DNA of 64,000 nt from a virus, in IMG/VR virus record IMGVR_UViG_3300009128_000003, positions 51,051 to 115,050 of that record. One strand, written 5' to 3'. Below are positions 1-9,936 of this stretch, in pieces. Made by a program: the position numbers and the translations under genes. Under the pieces are notes generated by a model. That model had not been told where the DNA came from and searched no databases. It saw only the letters and a program-made list of their open reading frames with translations. Numbering within the stretch: the first letter of the stretch is position 1; each line of letters starts with the position of its first letter.

Positions 1-340
1 TAGCATCGGGATCGGTTGTGCTGGATTCGGCGGCAGTCTTGGTGCACCAGTGGCTAAAGCCGTTCGAAAACGTGATCCCAGTCGGAAACGCAAAACTCAT
101 TTTTGTTGAAGCTGGAACCATCAACACCAATCCGGCTGCTGTAGTGCCTGCTGTCGCATCAGTCACGTCCGCCATCTTAAAATACACGACAAAAGCATTT
201 CCTGTGTTATCGACCTCGACCATATAAAGTATGCCGGAGTCACCGGTGGTGTTGTCTGCAGCGGTACCGTCTGCATCGCTATCGTAAACGAGCTTAGTTC
301 CGATGGGATTTACTTGAGTGCTAACTGTGACAGTAGACAT
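1..340 (-). CDS. Hypothetical virion-associated protein, 3' end runs off the window
   Basis: Hand-translated (not in ORF track): ATG at 340, MSTVTVSTQVNPIGTKLVYDSDADGTAADNTTGDSGILYMVEVDN..., open towards base 1; AGGAG SD upstream; follows the capsid terminator. Confidence 0.7.
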   Translation of the reverse strand, partial: MSTVTVSTQVNPIGTKLVYDSDADGTAADNTTGDSGILYMVEVDNTGNAFVVYFKMADVTDATAGTTAAGLVLMVPASTKMSFAFPTGITFSNGFSHWCTKTAAESSTTDPDA

Positions 341-385
341 AATGAATGCTCCTTTGAGTTGTTATAATATATAGTCTCTTGAAAG

Positions 386-418
386 CAAAAAACCCGCCCT
401 CCGAAGAGAGCGGGTTTC
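386..418 (-). terminator. Rho-independent terminator after major capsid gene
   Basis: Minus strand AAACCCGCTCTC-TTCG-GAGGGCGGGTTTTTT: GC stem, cUUCGg tetraloop, U-tract. Confidence 0.9.
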
Positions 419-438
419 TTTTAAGCAATTACCAGTGT

Positions 439-2244
439 TTAGCTAGTAGCGCCTGCCTCACCGAGGAGTCCGCGGACGATAACAAGACCGTACATATCAG
501 GACGCACCATCTTCTTAGCGTAGCGCGTCATGACTCCCTTGCGGGGCACGAAGTCTTCGGGTCCGAAGATTGTGGGTGTAGTTTGCAGCGGCACGTACGG
601 AGCGTACACATATCCACTTTCAAGGAAAGAGGATCCGCGACGTCCAACGAGGACCACGTTGCGAAGGAAGTACGGGTCAACAATGACATCGAACTTCTTG
701 CTCAGTGAACCAACGTTTACAGCACCGACGCTACCCTTCTCATCATCATGAGTGACGTTAGCACGGAAGCCAGCGGTGAACTCAAGAATGTTGGCAACTT
801 CAGGTCCGCAGACGAGGAAGTTAGCGCCACCACGCAGAGTCTTGCGATGGATTTGTGCAGACACATCATTGATGGTCTCGATAAGGGTCTCATACCACTC
901 GGAAACAGTACCGGTGAAGTCGGGAGCCGCAGAAGCAGCACCGATCTCAGTACCAGTTACCTTGTTGAGGAACAAGCCGGGGGAACGCGACCAGTAGTAG
1001 GTAGCACCCTTAGCACCGTTCACAAGGTCACCGAGGATCTCACGGTCGATCTCAAGAGCAACTTGCTCAGAGAGAATCGAGGTAAGCTCGACCTCAGCAT
1101 CAAGGTTGTGATAGGCGTTAAGGTCTTGACCTAACTCCGGAGTCCACTTAGCCTTGAGCTTCTTGGTTTGCGCTGTGACAGCCACAGAGTCGACCTTGAT
1201 GTCGATTTCTGGGATGGCAGCGTTACCTTCGAGCCCCCATGCAGTAGCACCCTCGATTGCACCGAGAGGACCAGCCGCTTGGAATCTATCAACGATAGGA
1301 CCAGAAGCGGACATATACGGACCAGAAAGACTCGTTGCCTTCTGTGCGGCAGTCGTCAGGAAGATCTGGTTAACATAAGTTGCGCTATCTTCTGCAGACT
1401 TGCTCAAGGTTGTCAAACGACGAGCCTGTTGGCAATTATCTGCCGTGATGGTTGTGGATGTTGCAAAGACGTTATCCAACTGCTCGATGGAAGACGAGAG
1501 AGCCGCGAGGTTGTCAAAGTCAAATGTACCAACCGTCGGAGACGATGCAGTAAGATGATCCTTGTTAACCGTAACACGAACAACCCATGTTGCCGTAGCA
1601 GTACTTGAGGATAGAGTCAGAACATCCGGATCAAATCCGATCTTCTTCTTTTGAAGCTCGGAAGAGCCAGTGACACCCCAAACTTCGACCCACTGGGTCG
1701 CGAGACCAAAGGCTCCTGTCGGAGATGCATATGCATAACCGCGAGCACCAACCGTCCGTGCACCACCGAGGTCACCCTCGATAGAGCCAAGCAGATCGAT
1801 ACCACCAGTCACTTGCATACCAACTTCGTCAGAACCGTAAATTGACTTGTTGCCAATATTACCCATTCTCTTCGCGTCCTCGTCTGAAGCACCGGCAATA
1901 TCCGGTGAGAACACGAAGTCGAGGAAGAAGATGAGACCGCTTGGCAGACTCATCGGCTGAACACTAACGAGATCGTTTGCGATCAGCCCTGCGAAAACAC
2001 GCCGAACGATGGGGAATGCGACGGCAGCAAAGCCCTCAACATCTCCAGCACTCATGCTACTACTCTCGCGTAGAAGCTCTTTCGCTTGATTTTCAAGCAA
2101 ACGAGCCATTGAATTTTTTTGTCGGTCATTTCCAAGTCCTTCGAGAAGACCTGTGCGCTCCCACTTTGACATCAAAGCGTGACCTTCAGCGCGCATATCA
2201 CGGTTAACAACTCCTTCGGTTAACCGTTCAACAATACCAGCCAT
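439..2244 (-). CDS. gp23: Major capsid protein, T4 gp23-like
   Basis: KWERTGLLEGL, LLENQA, VSVQPMSLPSGLIFFLDF, KLKAKWTPELGQDLNAYH, YAPYVPL, KGVMTRY motifs; strong GGAGG SD. Confidence 0.95.
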   Translation of the reverse strand: MAGIVERLTEGVVNRDMRAEGHALMSKWERTGLLEGLGNDRQKNSMARLLENQAKELLRESSSMSAGDVEGFAAVAFPIVRRVFAGLIANDLVSVQPMSLPSGLIFFLDFVFSPDIAGASDEDAKRMGNIGNKSIYGSDEVGMQVTGGIDLLGSIEGDLGGARTVGARGYAYASPTGAFGLATQWVEVWGVTGSSELQKKKIGFDPDVLTLSSSTATATWVVRVTVNKDHLTASSPTVGTFDFDNLAALSSSIEQLDNVFATSTTITADNCQQARRLTTLSKSAEDSATYVNQIFLTTAAQKATSLSGPYMSASGPIVDRFQAAGPLGAIEGATAWGLEGNAAIPEIDIKVDSVAVTAQTKKLKAKWTPELGQDLNAYHNLDAEVELTSILSEQVALEIDREILGDLVNGAKGATYYWSRSPGLFLNKVTGTEIGAASAAPDFTGTVSEWYETLIETINDVSAQIHRKTLRGGANFLVCGPEVANILEFTAGFRANVTHDDEKGSVGAVNVGSLSKKFDVIVDPYFLRNVVLVGRRGSSFLESGYVYAPYVPLQTTPTIFGPEDFVPRKGVMTRYAKKMVRPDMYGLVIVRGLLGEAGATS

Positions 2245-2275
2245 TTTTAATACCTCCTATTTATATGTATTTGCA

Positions 2276-3421
2276 TCATTTGATGCCAGCTAGCCTCTTC
2301 ATCCTTTCATTGAAAGGATCCGAGGGCGTGCTCTCTTGACGAGTTGCACGCAAAACAGAAGTCCGACGACCGATTGCTTCGCTCAGTGATTGTGGGCTTC
2401 GCTTAGGCTTAGCCTCCACTGTGCTTTCAAGCGTGTGGTATATTGTCTTCGCTTCTGCTACTGAACCAGCGTTTGAAATCGCTTCGGCAATCTTAGTTTT
2501 CTGCCGCTCATTTAGGGAGGTATTTCTTAGCACACGGTTCGTATATAACAAGCGAGCGTTAGAAAGATTCACATCTTGTAAATTTTCCTTAAGCTCGTTA
2601 AATGCTTGCTTATATTGTGAGTTTTGCTCGTTGAGTTGGTTATTTTCGAAAACCAACTCTTCTTGAGCCTTCTTCAAATCTTTTAATTCTTCTTCCATAT
2701 CAGTGGAACGTCGATGGGCTAATGCTTTTTCCATTTCCCACTTCACACTGTCAGAGGAGCGACCAGCCCAGCCGGCAAGTTCTGCTCCCATATCTACTGT
2801 AAGCTTTTCCACGATGGCATCGATGAGTTCGTCGTTTCCAACACCCTCTTCAAATGCGCCTTTCTGGGCAGCATCGGTGGCGTTGACGGCTGCGGCACTG
2901 CCTGCGAGGGCGGCGGCACTATCATCATCGTCATCTTCTTCTTCATCGGCTTCTTCGCCGGCGAAAGAACCAGAGTCTTCAACTTCTTGAAGCTCCTCTT
3001 CTTCCTCTTCAAACAAGGCAGCGAGTTCTTCTTCATTGATCTCCACCTCTTCTTGCTCTTCTAATTCGTTTTCTAATGCCTTGACAGCTTCTTGTAGTGC
3101 ATCAAGATCGATGTTTACTGGAACTTCCTCTCCTTCTGTCGGAAGACCGGGAGGAATTTCCCCTTCCTCCTCATTAAGGTTGTCTGTTGCGGCAAGCGGG
3201 ATGTTGGCGGCTACTTCTTCTGTGGAACCTGCTGGTTCTCCCCCAAGCGCTGGCTCTTCTGCTCCTAGATCGGCAGCCAGCTCATCTTGTTCTAAAAGTT
3301 GTTCGAGAGTTTCTCGGACTTCGCTCGAATACTTCTCAATGATAGCAGTCTCGGCGTTTTTCAAGGCGGAATCACGTAGCGCTTTGGCGTCGACGATAGC
3401 TTCCTTAAGTAAATTTGACAT
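2276..3421 (-). CDS. Prohead core scaffold protein (gp22-like position)
   Basis: Very acidic coiled-coil protein directly upstream of the capsid gene; NLSNARLLYTN motif; C-terminal RMKRLAGIK. Confidence 0.75.
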   Translation of the reverse strand: MSNLLKEAIVDAKALRDSALKNAETAIIEKYSSEVRETLEQLLEQDELAADLGAEEPALGGEPAGSTEEVAANIPLAATDNLNEEEGEIPPGLPTEGEEVPVNIDLDALQEAVKALENELEEQEEVEINEEELAALFEEEEEELQEVEDSGSFAGEEADEEEDDDDDSAAALAGSAAAVNATDAAQKGAFEEGVGNDELIDAIVEKLTVDMGAELAGWAGRSSDSVKWEMEKALAHRRSTDMEEELKDLKKAQEELVFENNQLNEQNSQYKQAFNELKENLQDVNLSNARLLYTNRVLRNTSLNERQKTKIAEAISNAGSVAEAKTIYHTLESTVEAKPKRSPQSLSEAIGRRTSVLRATRQESTPSDPFNERMKRLAGIK

Positions 3422-3452
3422 TCAGTATGCTCCTAAAAGGCAATTGTTCAAA

Positions 3453-3462
3453 ATAAATAGTC
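3453..3462 (-). promoter_or_regulatory. Putative phage late-promoter motif upstream of scaffold/capsid genes
   Basis: GACTATTTAT; identical copy at 9927-9936, variants in other intergenic gaps. Confidence 0.55.
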
Positions 3463-3537
3463 AGTAGGGTACTAAAAACCCATTTTTAATGATATGCGCG
3501 CGGCGTACTAATTGCCACAGTAGTTTATTCGTCTATA

Positions 3538-4545
3538 TTAAAAAGGCTTCACCTTATTGTAGTCTATCACAAGAACTTCTTCCGCGGAGGTGTGTCGCAG
3601 TGTCCACGACTCGCCGTTGTCGGTTGATGTGTGGACTTTGTTGTCTTTACCTCCGCATACAATTGTTGTTCCATCTGACGCTAATGCCATAATTTGACCA
3701 GCGCTCGGGGTGGCCACATCGGTGGTGGTCCACGATGCGCAGTTGTCTGTTGACAGGTATGGCTGATTGCCGAAGTTGGCAGTCATCCACGTATCTCCGG
3801 AGATATGGCAGATTGCCCACATTTGTTCAGAGATGCCCGTTACGGCGCTCCAAGTATCTGTTGTATCGCTATTCGCAATCGAAGTTATACGGTAGGAGGT
3901 GGTACCATGACCGGTCATAAACCATACTCCGTTGTTATACTCGATGCCGTTCGCTCGCGTGGCGGTAGATTCGTACCAATTTAAGCCGTCATCCCATGAT
4001 TTAAGAACCTTTACTGTGCCCCCAAGCAGCCAAGTTCCTGCACCGTCAGTTGCCAAGCAGAGCATCAGACCGGCGCCAGAAGCCACTGCGGTAATCTTGG
4101 TCCAGCTGTCGCCGCCATCAGTTGATCTAAACACATCATTACCTGTTCCGGCAATCCAAGTCCCGGTGGCGCCATATTCGACTGTTCGAGCCAAATCGCT
4201 GGTGCCGGAGAAATCGATTGATGACCAAGAACCGGAGTTTGTAGGGTCTGCTGAGTACCTGAGTTCCGGGTTTGTATTGGTAGCAATAATCCAACGCGGA
4301 CCATCGGAGTCGTCCTTTCCAAAAGATATGTCCCAGTAATCCGACGTTTCTCCGGCTGGGCTTTCATACTCAGTCCAACTTTCAGCATCTGATGAATACA
4401 TTACACGACCGTCTCTTCCAACTCCGGTCCACAATGGGACGTGGGCGCTGGCGCCATTGATACTTTGAATGGAATTCGCGGCAACATCGTTCACCGATGC
4501 AATATTGTCATCATCAGTCCCGTTTACTGATGTGTAATTAGCCAT
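3538..4545 (-). CDS. BNR/Asp-box beta-propeller protein, probable fibre tip or receptor-binding protein
   Basis: Repeated Asp-box motifs STDGGDSW, SWDDGLNW, STDNCASW, STDNGESW. Confidence 0.7.
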   Translation of the reverse strand: MANYTSVNGTDDDNIASVNDVAANSIQSINGASAHVPLWTGVGRDGRVMYSSDAESWTEYESPAGETSDYWDISFGKDDSDGPRWIIATNTNPELRYSADPTNSGSWSSIDFSGTSDLARTVEYGATGTWIAGTGNDVFRSTDGGDSWTKITAVASGAGLMLCLATDGAGTWLLGGTVKVLKSWDDGLNWYESTATRANGIEYNNGVWFMTGHGTTSYRITSIANSDTTDTWSAVTGISEQMWAICHISGDTWMTANFGNQPYLSTDNCASWTTTDVATPSAGQIMALASDGTTIVCGGKDNKVHTSTDNGESWTLRHTSAEEVLVIDYNKVKPF

Positions 4546-6296
4546 TAAACAATTACCAGATAATCCGGGCTCGGATTAAAATATATCACATTTGCTGTGG
4601 TTGTGCAGGTGCCAATGACCCTTAGCGATTCTCCCGACCCTGACGGGCGGTCGGTGGTAATCCCTCCGCTAGCAGTCAAGTATAACGTTGTTCCAATTGC
4701 AAACCCTCCCGATAAATATGTGTGGGCATCAAAAAATCCACGAATTAACATTCCATCGGATGCGGGAGATGTTCCCAGAGCCACTCCTATCATTCCAAGA
4801 CCGCCAGATGCGGCGATCATAATGCTTGTTTCTTCCCAGTCGCCACTAGAGTGGAGATAATAGGTCTTACCTTTAACTGTCGTTCCTCCACCAAAGAGGA
4901 CTATTTCGCCGGTGCCCGCATCGTTAGCCAAAGAAGTTGGATTGTGTCGGATGGTTAACCCAGCCCCATCGAACGTCAAACCCGACTCACCATTAATGGA
5001 TCCGGAACCGGCAGATGTTAACACATAGTTATCGGTGGCGTTCGTATAAGTTGATATGAGTCCACCGCCGCCGGCTACATTAGTAAGGTGTCTCCCGTCG
5101 CCATAGAAATATGACGCGCTGACTGAAAGTGAGCAACTGAGGGGGACTGATGCCGTGAGCGCAGTTCTACCCCCATCTAAAGCGAAGTAGGTGGTTGAAA
5201 CTCCGCCGGGCTTTGCTTTAAGTTCAAGGTCTCCACCGGTGGCGTCTTGTGCCATAATAAAATTTCCACCGGAGCCGAGCTTAACATATGATTTGGCGAC
5301 GCCGGCGGTTCCAAATCTCACAAACGCGTCCGAACTACCGCCGCCATCCACAAACACCGTGGTGCCTCCGGCGCCGTTAACGTGTAAATCATAACTTGGG
5401 TCGTTGGTGTTGATGCCTACGTTGCCTGTGATATATGCGCCGGCGCTGGCGGTTAGTTTATTCGTTTTAATCTCGCCAGAGCCCGTATAGTCCATTGCTA
5501 TAATGCGATAACCAGAACCACTGAGGTCTGAGCCATCGAAGGTGAGTGCAGAACCATTCACTGTATTGGATGTGGCGGCGCCCACTACTATTTTGTATTG
5601 TCCAGCGCTACTGTATGTTGTAATGGGACTAAATGTAAGGTTGCTTTGTAGGTACGTCGCCAACGTTCCCACGGTCATGCTTCGGAGTGCGGGCGCTGAT
5701 GGGTTTGCGCCGGCGACGTCTTGTACAAAGAGCTTATCGCCAGTTGCCAATGATTGACCGTTATTAGAGATATCATATGTAGTCGTGGCATCAAGCATCA
5801 ATGTGGTGGCGTTAAAGTTTAAACCACCGTATGTGTCTAGACTTGGTTTAATTCCTCCGGCATTTACCACAATGCCGGCGCCGCCTGATACAGCGAGGAC
5901 GCCACTATCAGACCGCAGCCCATCTCCAAACTTAATGCTCGATGCGCTGATGGTTGTCGTAAAGCGATCTCCGCGCAGGGCGGTTAGCCCGGCGCCTGAG
6001 CCTGTGAATGCGCCCGTGAGGGTTGTGCCGTTAAAGGTAAGGTTGGCGCTACCCTCTAACCCCGAAGCTCCATTAAAAAACGAAACACGAGTGGCTGATG
6101 CGTTCGTAACACTATTGACCACGGGCGCTGTTATTTGGTTGCCCGCCCCGTCATATAAAGCCACACTCGATGTAATTGCACTAGTAAAAGTTTTAACTCC
6201 GCCTATGCTTTGTGCTGTGGTTTGATCCACTGTGTTTTCTAGGGAGCCGTTGTCTCCCGTAAATTCAACGTTGCCTTTTAAAATATTGTAAGCCAT
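4545..6296 (-). CDS. Fibre or capsid decoration protein
   Basis: G/S/T-rich beta-repeat; GNVGINTNDPSYDLHV and SASYFYGDG fibre motifs; C-terminal GVAL...LYL..SGGIT..RPSGSG..RVIG domain. Confidence 0.6.
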   Translation of the reverse strand: MAYNILKGNVEFTGDNGSLENTVDQTTAQSIGGVKTFTSAITSSVALYDGAGNQITAPVVNSVTNASATRVSFFNGASGLEGSANLTFNGTTLTGAFTGSGAGLTALRGDRFTTTISASSIKFGDGLRSDSGVLAVSGGAGIVVNAGGIKPSLDTYGGLNFNATTLMLDATTTYDISNNGQSLATGDKLFVQDVAGANPSAPALRSMTVGTLATYLQSNLTFSPITTYSSAGQYKIVVGAATSNTVNGSALTFDGSDLSGSGYRIIAMDYTGSGEIKTNKLTASAGAYITGNVGINTNDPSYDLHVNGAGGTTVFVDGGGSSDAFVRFGTAGVAKSYVKLGSGGNFIMAQDATGGDLELKAKPGGVSTTYFALDGGRTALTASVPLSCSLSVSASYFYGDGRHLTNVAGGGGLISTYTNATDNYVLTSAGSGSINGESGLTFDGAGLTIRHNPTSLANDAGTGEIVLFGGGTTVKGKTYYLHSSGDWEETSIMIAASGGLGMIGVALGTSPASDGMLIRGFFDAHTYLSGGFAIGTTLYLTASGGITTDRPSGSGESLRVIGTCTTTANVIYFNPSPDYLVIV

Positions 6297-6381
6297 TCAG
6301 ATATTGTTCCTTGGTGTCTATAAATAGATAGTCCGTTTCTTTGCGAGACCTCCATTTAAAACTCATCTATAAGTAGTCTCC

Positions 6382-6414
6382 AAAAAAGAGGACGCCCCCA
6401 CAAGGAGGGCGCCC
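6382..6414 (-). terminator. Rho-independent terminator after the 469-aa fibre gene
   Basis: Minus strand GGGCGCCCTC-CTTGT-GGGGGCGTCC-TCTTTTTT. Confidence 0.8.
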
Positions 6415-6453
6415 AATATAGAAGATAAATCTTCCGGATTGCAAAAGCAAATC

Positions 6454-7863
6454 CTAGTAGACTGACCAGCGGTTAGTAGCAACGTACACAAGCGAAACAG
6501 AACCACTAGGTGATTCAAGAAGAAGCGATGCTTGTCCATCAATCATCTGGCTACCTGCGCCAGCAATAGTGAGAGCATACGCGCTATCATCTTTCTTGAC
6601 ACGAACAACATCCGAGATGTCCGGAGAAGCTGGAAGCGTCCAAGTGCGAGCTTGGCTAAGAGAAGCAGTAGCAACATTGAAACCTTCTTGCAAAGTAACA
6701 GCAGCATTACCCCATCGGATAACCCCGGTAGCAGCGTCAGTTGTTAACTTACCGGAATCGACCTTCAGACCAGCGCCGGCGATATCGCCAAGATATACAC
6801 TGTTGAGCATGCGCTTCATCGACTTCGAGCCAGCGTCATAATAGAAAAGACTATCAGAAGCTTCCGCGAAATCAGCGTCATCAGCCAAACCGTAGAATCT
6901 AACTGTAGATCCACTGAATGTGGTGGCACCATTGTTACGCCCGAGAGTCGTAGCTCCGACGACAGTCAAGGTGCTAGAAGCAGACAAGCTTGTAGCCTTG
7001 ACACCAGCGTTAGCAGTCAGAATACCGTGAGCGATAACAGTACCATTGACTGTAGCGTTATCAGCGATATTCAAATCGCCAGAAGCCGAAAGTGAGGTGA
7101 ACTGACCAGAAGACTGCGAAGCAACACCGATAGTCATCCCATCGATAGAGCCGCCGTTAAGATCGGCAGTCGTGACCGAACCGAGGTCCGCACAAGTGCG
7201 AGTAGTAGCCGTCCAGTTAGAACCGAACGAGAAGCTAGCACCATCAGCAGAAATGCTATCGAGAGCAATGTCACCAACGTTTGTGATGTTTGCATCACCC
7301 ATTGAGGCACCACCGTGAGCAGTGAGCAACCCATACACACCAGCAGTACCATTCACAGTTGCGTTATCCGCAATGTTCAAGTCGCCAGAAGCCGAAAGTG
7401 AGGTGAACTGACCAGAAGACTGCACAGCAGCACCAATGGTTGCGGCATCGACAGAACCGCCATTGATGTCGACAGTCGTGACCTCACCAAGGTTCGCACA
7501 AACGCGACCAGCAGCCGTCCAGTTAGAACCGAACGAGAAGCTAGCACCGTCGGCGGAGATAGTATCAAGTGCGATATCGCCAACGTTTGTGATGTTTTTG
7601 TCGTTGAACGACGTAGCACCGAGGCTGGAACCATCAGTAGTAGCTGCGATAGTGCTGCCGAAAACTGCGGCGCCGCTTACGTTAAGCGTGCTCTTGAGGT
7701 GGGCTGAACCCACAAGGCGCAAGTTACCAGAACCAGAGACGAGACCGTTGTCGCGGTTAACGCTAAAGCGTAAAGAACCTTCGTCGTCAGAAACCTCCAG
7801 TGTGCCTTCTTGCACAAGGGCGCCGCTCATAATTGCGTCGCCTAATTGAAATTTATAAGCCAT
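6454..7863 (-). CDS. Fibre-like virion protein with internal duplication
   Basis: Two copies of an ~84-aa unit; C-terminal TLP..VKK..TI..IDG..LESP domain shared with the next two genes. Confidence 0.65.
   Translation of the reverse strand: MAYKFQLGDAIMSGALVQEGTLEVSDDEGSLRFSVNRDNGLVSGSGNLRLVGSAHLKSTLNVSGAAVFGSTIAATTDGSSLGATSFNDKNITNVGDIALDTISADGASFSFGSNWTAAGRVCANLGEVTTVDINGGSVDAATIGAAVQSSGQFTSLSASGDLNIADNATVNGTAGVYGLLTAHGGASMGDANITNVGDIALDSISADGASFSFGSNWTATTRTCADLGSVTTADLNGGSIDGMTIGVASQSSGQFTSLSASGDLNIADNATVNGTVIAHGILTANAGVKATSLSASSTLTVVGATTLGRNNGATTFSGSTVRFYGLADDADFAEASDSLFYYDAGSKSMKRMLNSVYLGDIAGAGLKVDSGKLTTDAATGVIRWGNAAVTLQEGFNVATASLSQARTWTLPASPDISDVVRVKKDDSAYALTIAGAGSQMIDGQASLLLESPSGSVSLVYVATNRWSVY
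7041..7596 (-). repeat. Intragenic direct repeat, two ~250-bp copies, period 306 bp
   Basis: NITNVGDIALD...SGQFTSLSASGDLNIADNATVNGT occurs twice; gccgaaagtgaggtgaactgaccagaagactgc starts at both 7085 and 7391. Confidence 0.9.
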
Positions 7864-7984
7864 GTTTAAAAACCCTCCAAATTATAGTTTTATAATAGCA
7901 TTGAATAAGATACACTTATCCAATTTTGATCGCCGGATTCCTCCGACGGTCGCTTATAATTAGAGTGACGGGCACGATAAATTC

Positions 7985-8710
7985 TCAGCAAATAAAGTAT
8001 TTGTTCGAGCCGTTACAATAAAGCTGAACAGATGCATAGGGTGACTCCAAAACTATCGAATTTTTACCATCGATTGTTTCGGCGCCAGACGCTAAAATGG
8101 TGATGTTGTTGCTATTGGCAGCACCGCCTTCATCTTTTACAACGTACGTTTGACCATCCAACAGGAGCGATGCGCTTGGTAGTCTAATATCGACGACATT
8201 GTTTGTTGTGTCTACGCCGATATAATAAGTCTTAGTGGAAGCAGTAAGGGTGGCAGCTGTGGATACGCGGGCGAATTGAAGTCCTCCTGCTACTGCCAGC
8301 CTGTCGCTCTCAAACCGCAATCCGAAAGAGCCTGTTAAATTTCCGCTAGCATTTTTAAACTGAACCGAATAATTGGGACCAACAGGGTTAGCATTGCTGA
8401 TTCCGGTTAGCTGGCTTCCATCTCCGTAAAAGTACGAACCGGAGACTGGTGCACTAGCGCTCAACCCTCCAACGATCCCCATGAGTGAGCCGTTAAATGT
8501 GAGATTCGTCTCACAATTTAAAGCATTGGCGTCTCCACCTACATTTGTAATGATGCCATTGTCAGTGGCGTTCTGCACGCGGGGGACATTAATGATCGAT
8601 TGACCATCAGAGGTACTAAGGTTACCCGATAGAATATTCGTGCCGGCATTGAGACCCGGACCAAAATAGCTTGGGGCGATTACGGTGCCCGTCAGTGAAT
8701 TATGAGCCAT
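7985..8710 (-). CDS. Fibre-like virion protein
   Basis: Shares NATDN..LTF.G and S.SYFYGDG motifs with 4545..6296 and its C-terminal domain with 6454..7863. Confidence 0.6.
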   Translation of the reverse strand: MAHNSLTGTVIAPSYFGPGLNAGTNILSGNLSTSDGQSIINVPRVQNATDNGIITNVGGDANALNCETNLTFNGSLMGIVGGLSASAPVSGSYFYGDGSQLTGISNANPVGPNYSVQFKNASGNLTGSFGLRFESDRLAVAGGLQFARVSTAATLTASTKTYYIGVDTTNNVVDIRLPSASLLLDGQTYVVKDEGGAANSNNITILASGAETIDGKNSIVLESPYASVQLYCNGSNKYFIC

Positions 8711-8733
8711 TTACAGGTGCCTCCTAAAACTAA

Positions 8734-9450
8734 TTAGAAGACAAACCAGTTGGTACCATCTGAATACAAGTTAATTGCTGGCATTGTGCCGGTTAATTGA
8801 TAGTAAGAACCGCCCTCAACAAGATCGCCGTAGCCGCTCTTAGAGAGGATCAGCGAACTTGTTCGTGCTGTGACTTGATCTTTTACTACCATAACATGAC
8901 CTTGTTTTGCTCCTTGGGCGCGCGCATCATCTAAAGTAATTGTTGTGTTAGCAGTGGCTGTGACGCCGTATAGATAAGCTCTTTTGGTTAGGTTGGCGCC
9001 ACCATTTAACGTAACGGTGCCGGTTACTTCAAAATAGTTACCCCGAATCGACTTCAAGTAAGTCATGTGATTGGTAGCAGATGAACTTAGAACAGGAGTA
9101 ACCGAACTCCAAACTGCCCCAACGGCGCCCGACACAACATTCAAACTACCGGTTCGAAGATGGATATCGTCGGCACTATTACCAAAGATAGTAGAACCAG
9201 AGATGACCTCTGTGTCGATGATCTTATAGGCGCTGGCGGTGATAGCGCCGCTAACAATAAGGGCGCCGGTCAATACCAGTGTACTTGTAGTGCCGCCCGG
9301 TGTGCCACCGCGAGACGCAGTGAAATACATAAGATTACGCGAACCTGTCATATTCGATCCGCTTGTATGAAACTGAATCGACCCTGTGGGTCCGGTAGCT
9401 GTTCCACCGGCGCTAGCTGTACAGCTTATATATGCCCATCCGGTAGCCAT
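8734..9450 (-). CDS. Fibre-like virion protein
   Basis: ISGSTIFGNSADDIH..TGS motif; C-terminal VKD...LYSDGTNWFVF domain paralogous to neighbours. Confidence 0.6.
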   Translation of the reverse strand: MATGWAYISCTASAGGTATGPTGSIQFHTSGSNMTGSRNLMYFTASRGGTPGGTTSTLVLTGALIVSGAITASAYKIIDTEVISGSTIFGNSADDIHLRTGSLNVVSGAVGAVWSSVTPVLSSSATNHMTYLKSIRGNYFEVTGTVTLNGGANLTKRAYLYGVTATANTTITLDDARAQGAKQGHVMVVKDQVTARTSSLILSKSGYGDLVEGGSYYQLTGTMPAINLYSDGTNWFVF

Positions 9451-9896
9451 TATCCGACTCCGGCAGAACCTGACCAGTTCGGACCAAGGCGCCCTGCTGT
9501 CTTCTTGCGATCAATACATGTGAGACCGGCTACGACGTCGACTCGTGAAGAGCCCGAGGGACTGGAAATCCAAATGCCCGACACCTTTACGCGAAGCTCG
9601 CCAGTAGTGGCAGCGTTACCCCCGAACGTCTCACTGGCGCCTGAAAGCTCTATAAAGTTAGTGCCGCCAACACCGACCGATGAAAAGCCAACCCTAACAG
9701 TGTGAGCACCATGGTTGGTCACTTTGATCCACGACGAGACCATGGGAAGCGCTACCTCGGCTGCGCTGCCGGCTATCTGTGTGCTGACGAATGGTCGACC
9801 GCTTACTTGATATGAGCCGACATTGTTGAGTCCTACTTCGGGTACCCTGATTGAACCCGATGGATAATATGCTGATCCTCCGTAACCACGTGCCAT
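9450..9896 (-). CDS. Small virion structural protein
   Basis: GLNNVGSYQVSGRPF motif, beta-rich, SD present, inside the head/fibre cluster. Confidence 0.5.
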   Translation of the reverse strand: MARGYGGSAYYPSGSIRVPEVGLNNVGSYQVSGRPFVSTQIAGSAAEVALPMVSSWIKVTNHGAHTVRVGFSSVGVGGTNFIELSGASETFGGNAATTGELRVKVSGIWISSPSGSSRVDVVAGLTCIDRKKTAGRLGPNWSGSAGVG

Positions 9897-9926
9897 TAAA
9901 ATTCTCCTAATTTAAACATGTTCATT

Positions 9927-9936
9927 ATAAATAGTC
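9927..9936 (-). promoter_or_regulatory. Putative phage late-promoter motif
   Basis: GACTATTTAT about 30 nt upstream of the 9896 start. Confidence 0.55.

Noticed and set aside
2258-2265. Exact T4 late promoter TATAAATA on the minus strand upstream of the capsid gene
   Set aside because: It abuts the GGAGG SD, so a transcript would start inside or past the SD; single occurrence in this orientation in an AT-rich gap
7041-7596. Repeat pair as a possible diversity-generating retroelement template/variable pair or CRISPR
   Set aside because: Both copies are in frame within one gene, differences are not adenine-specific, no reverse transcriptase is present, and there is no repeat-spacer pattern
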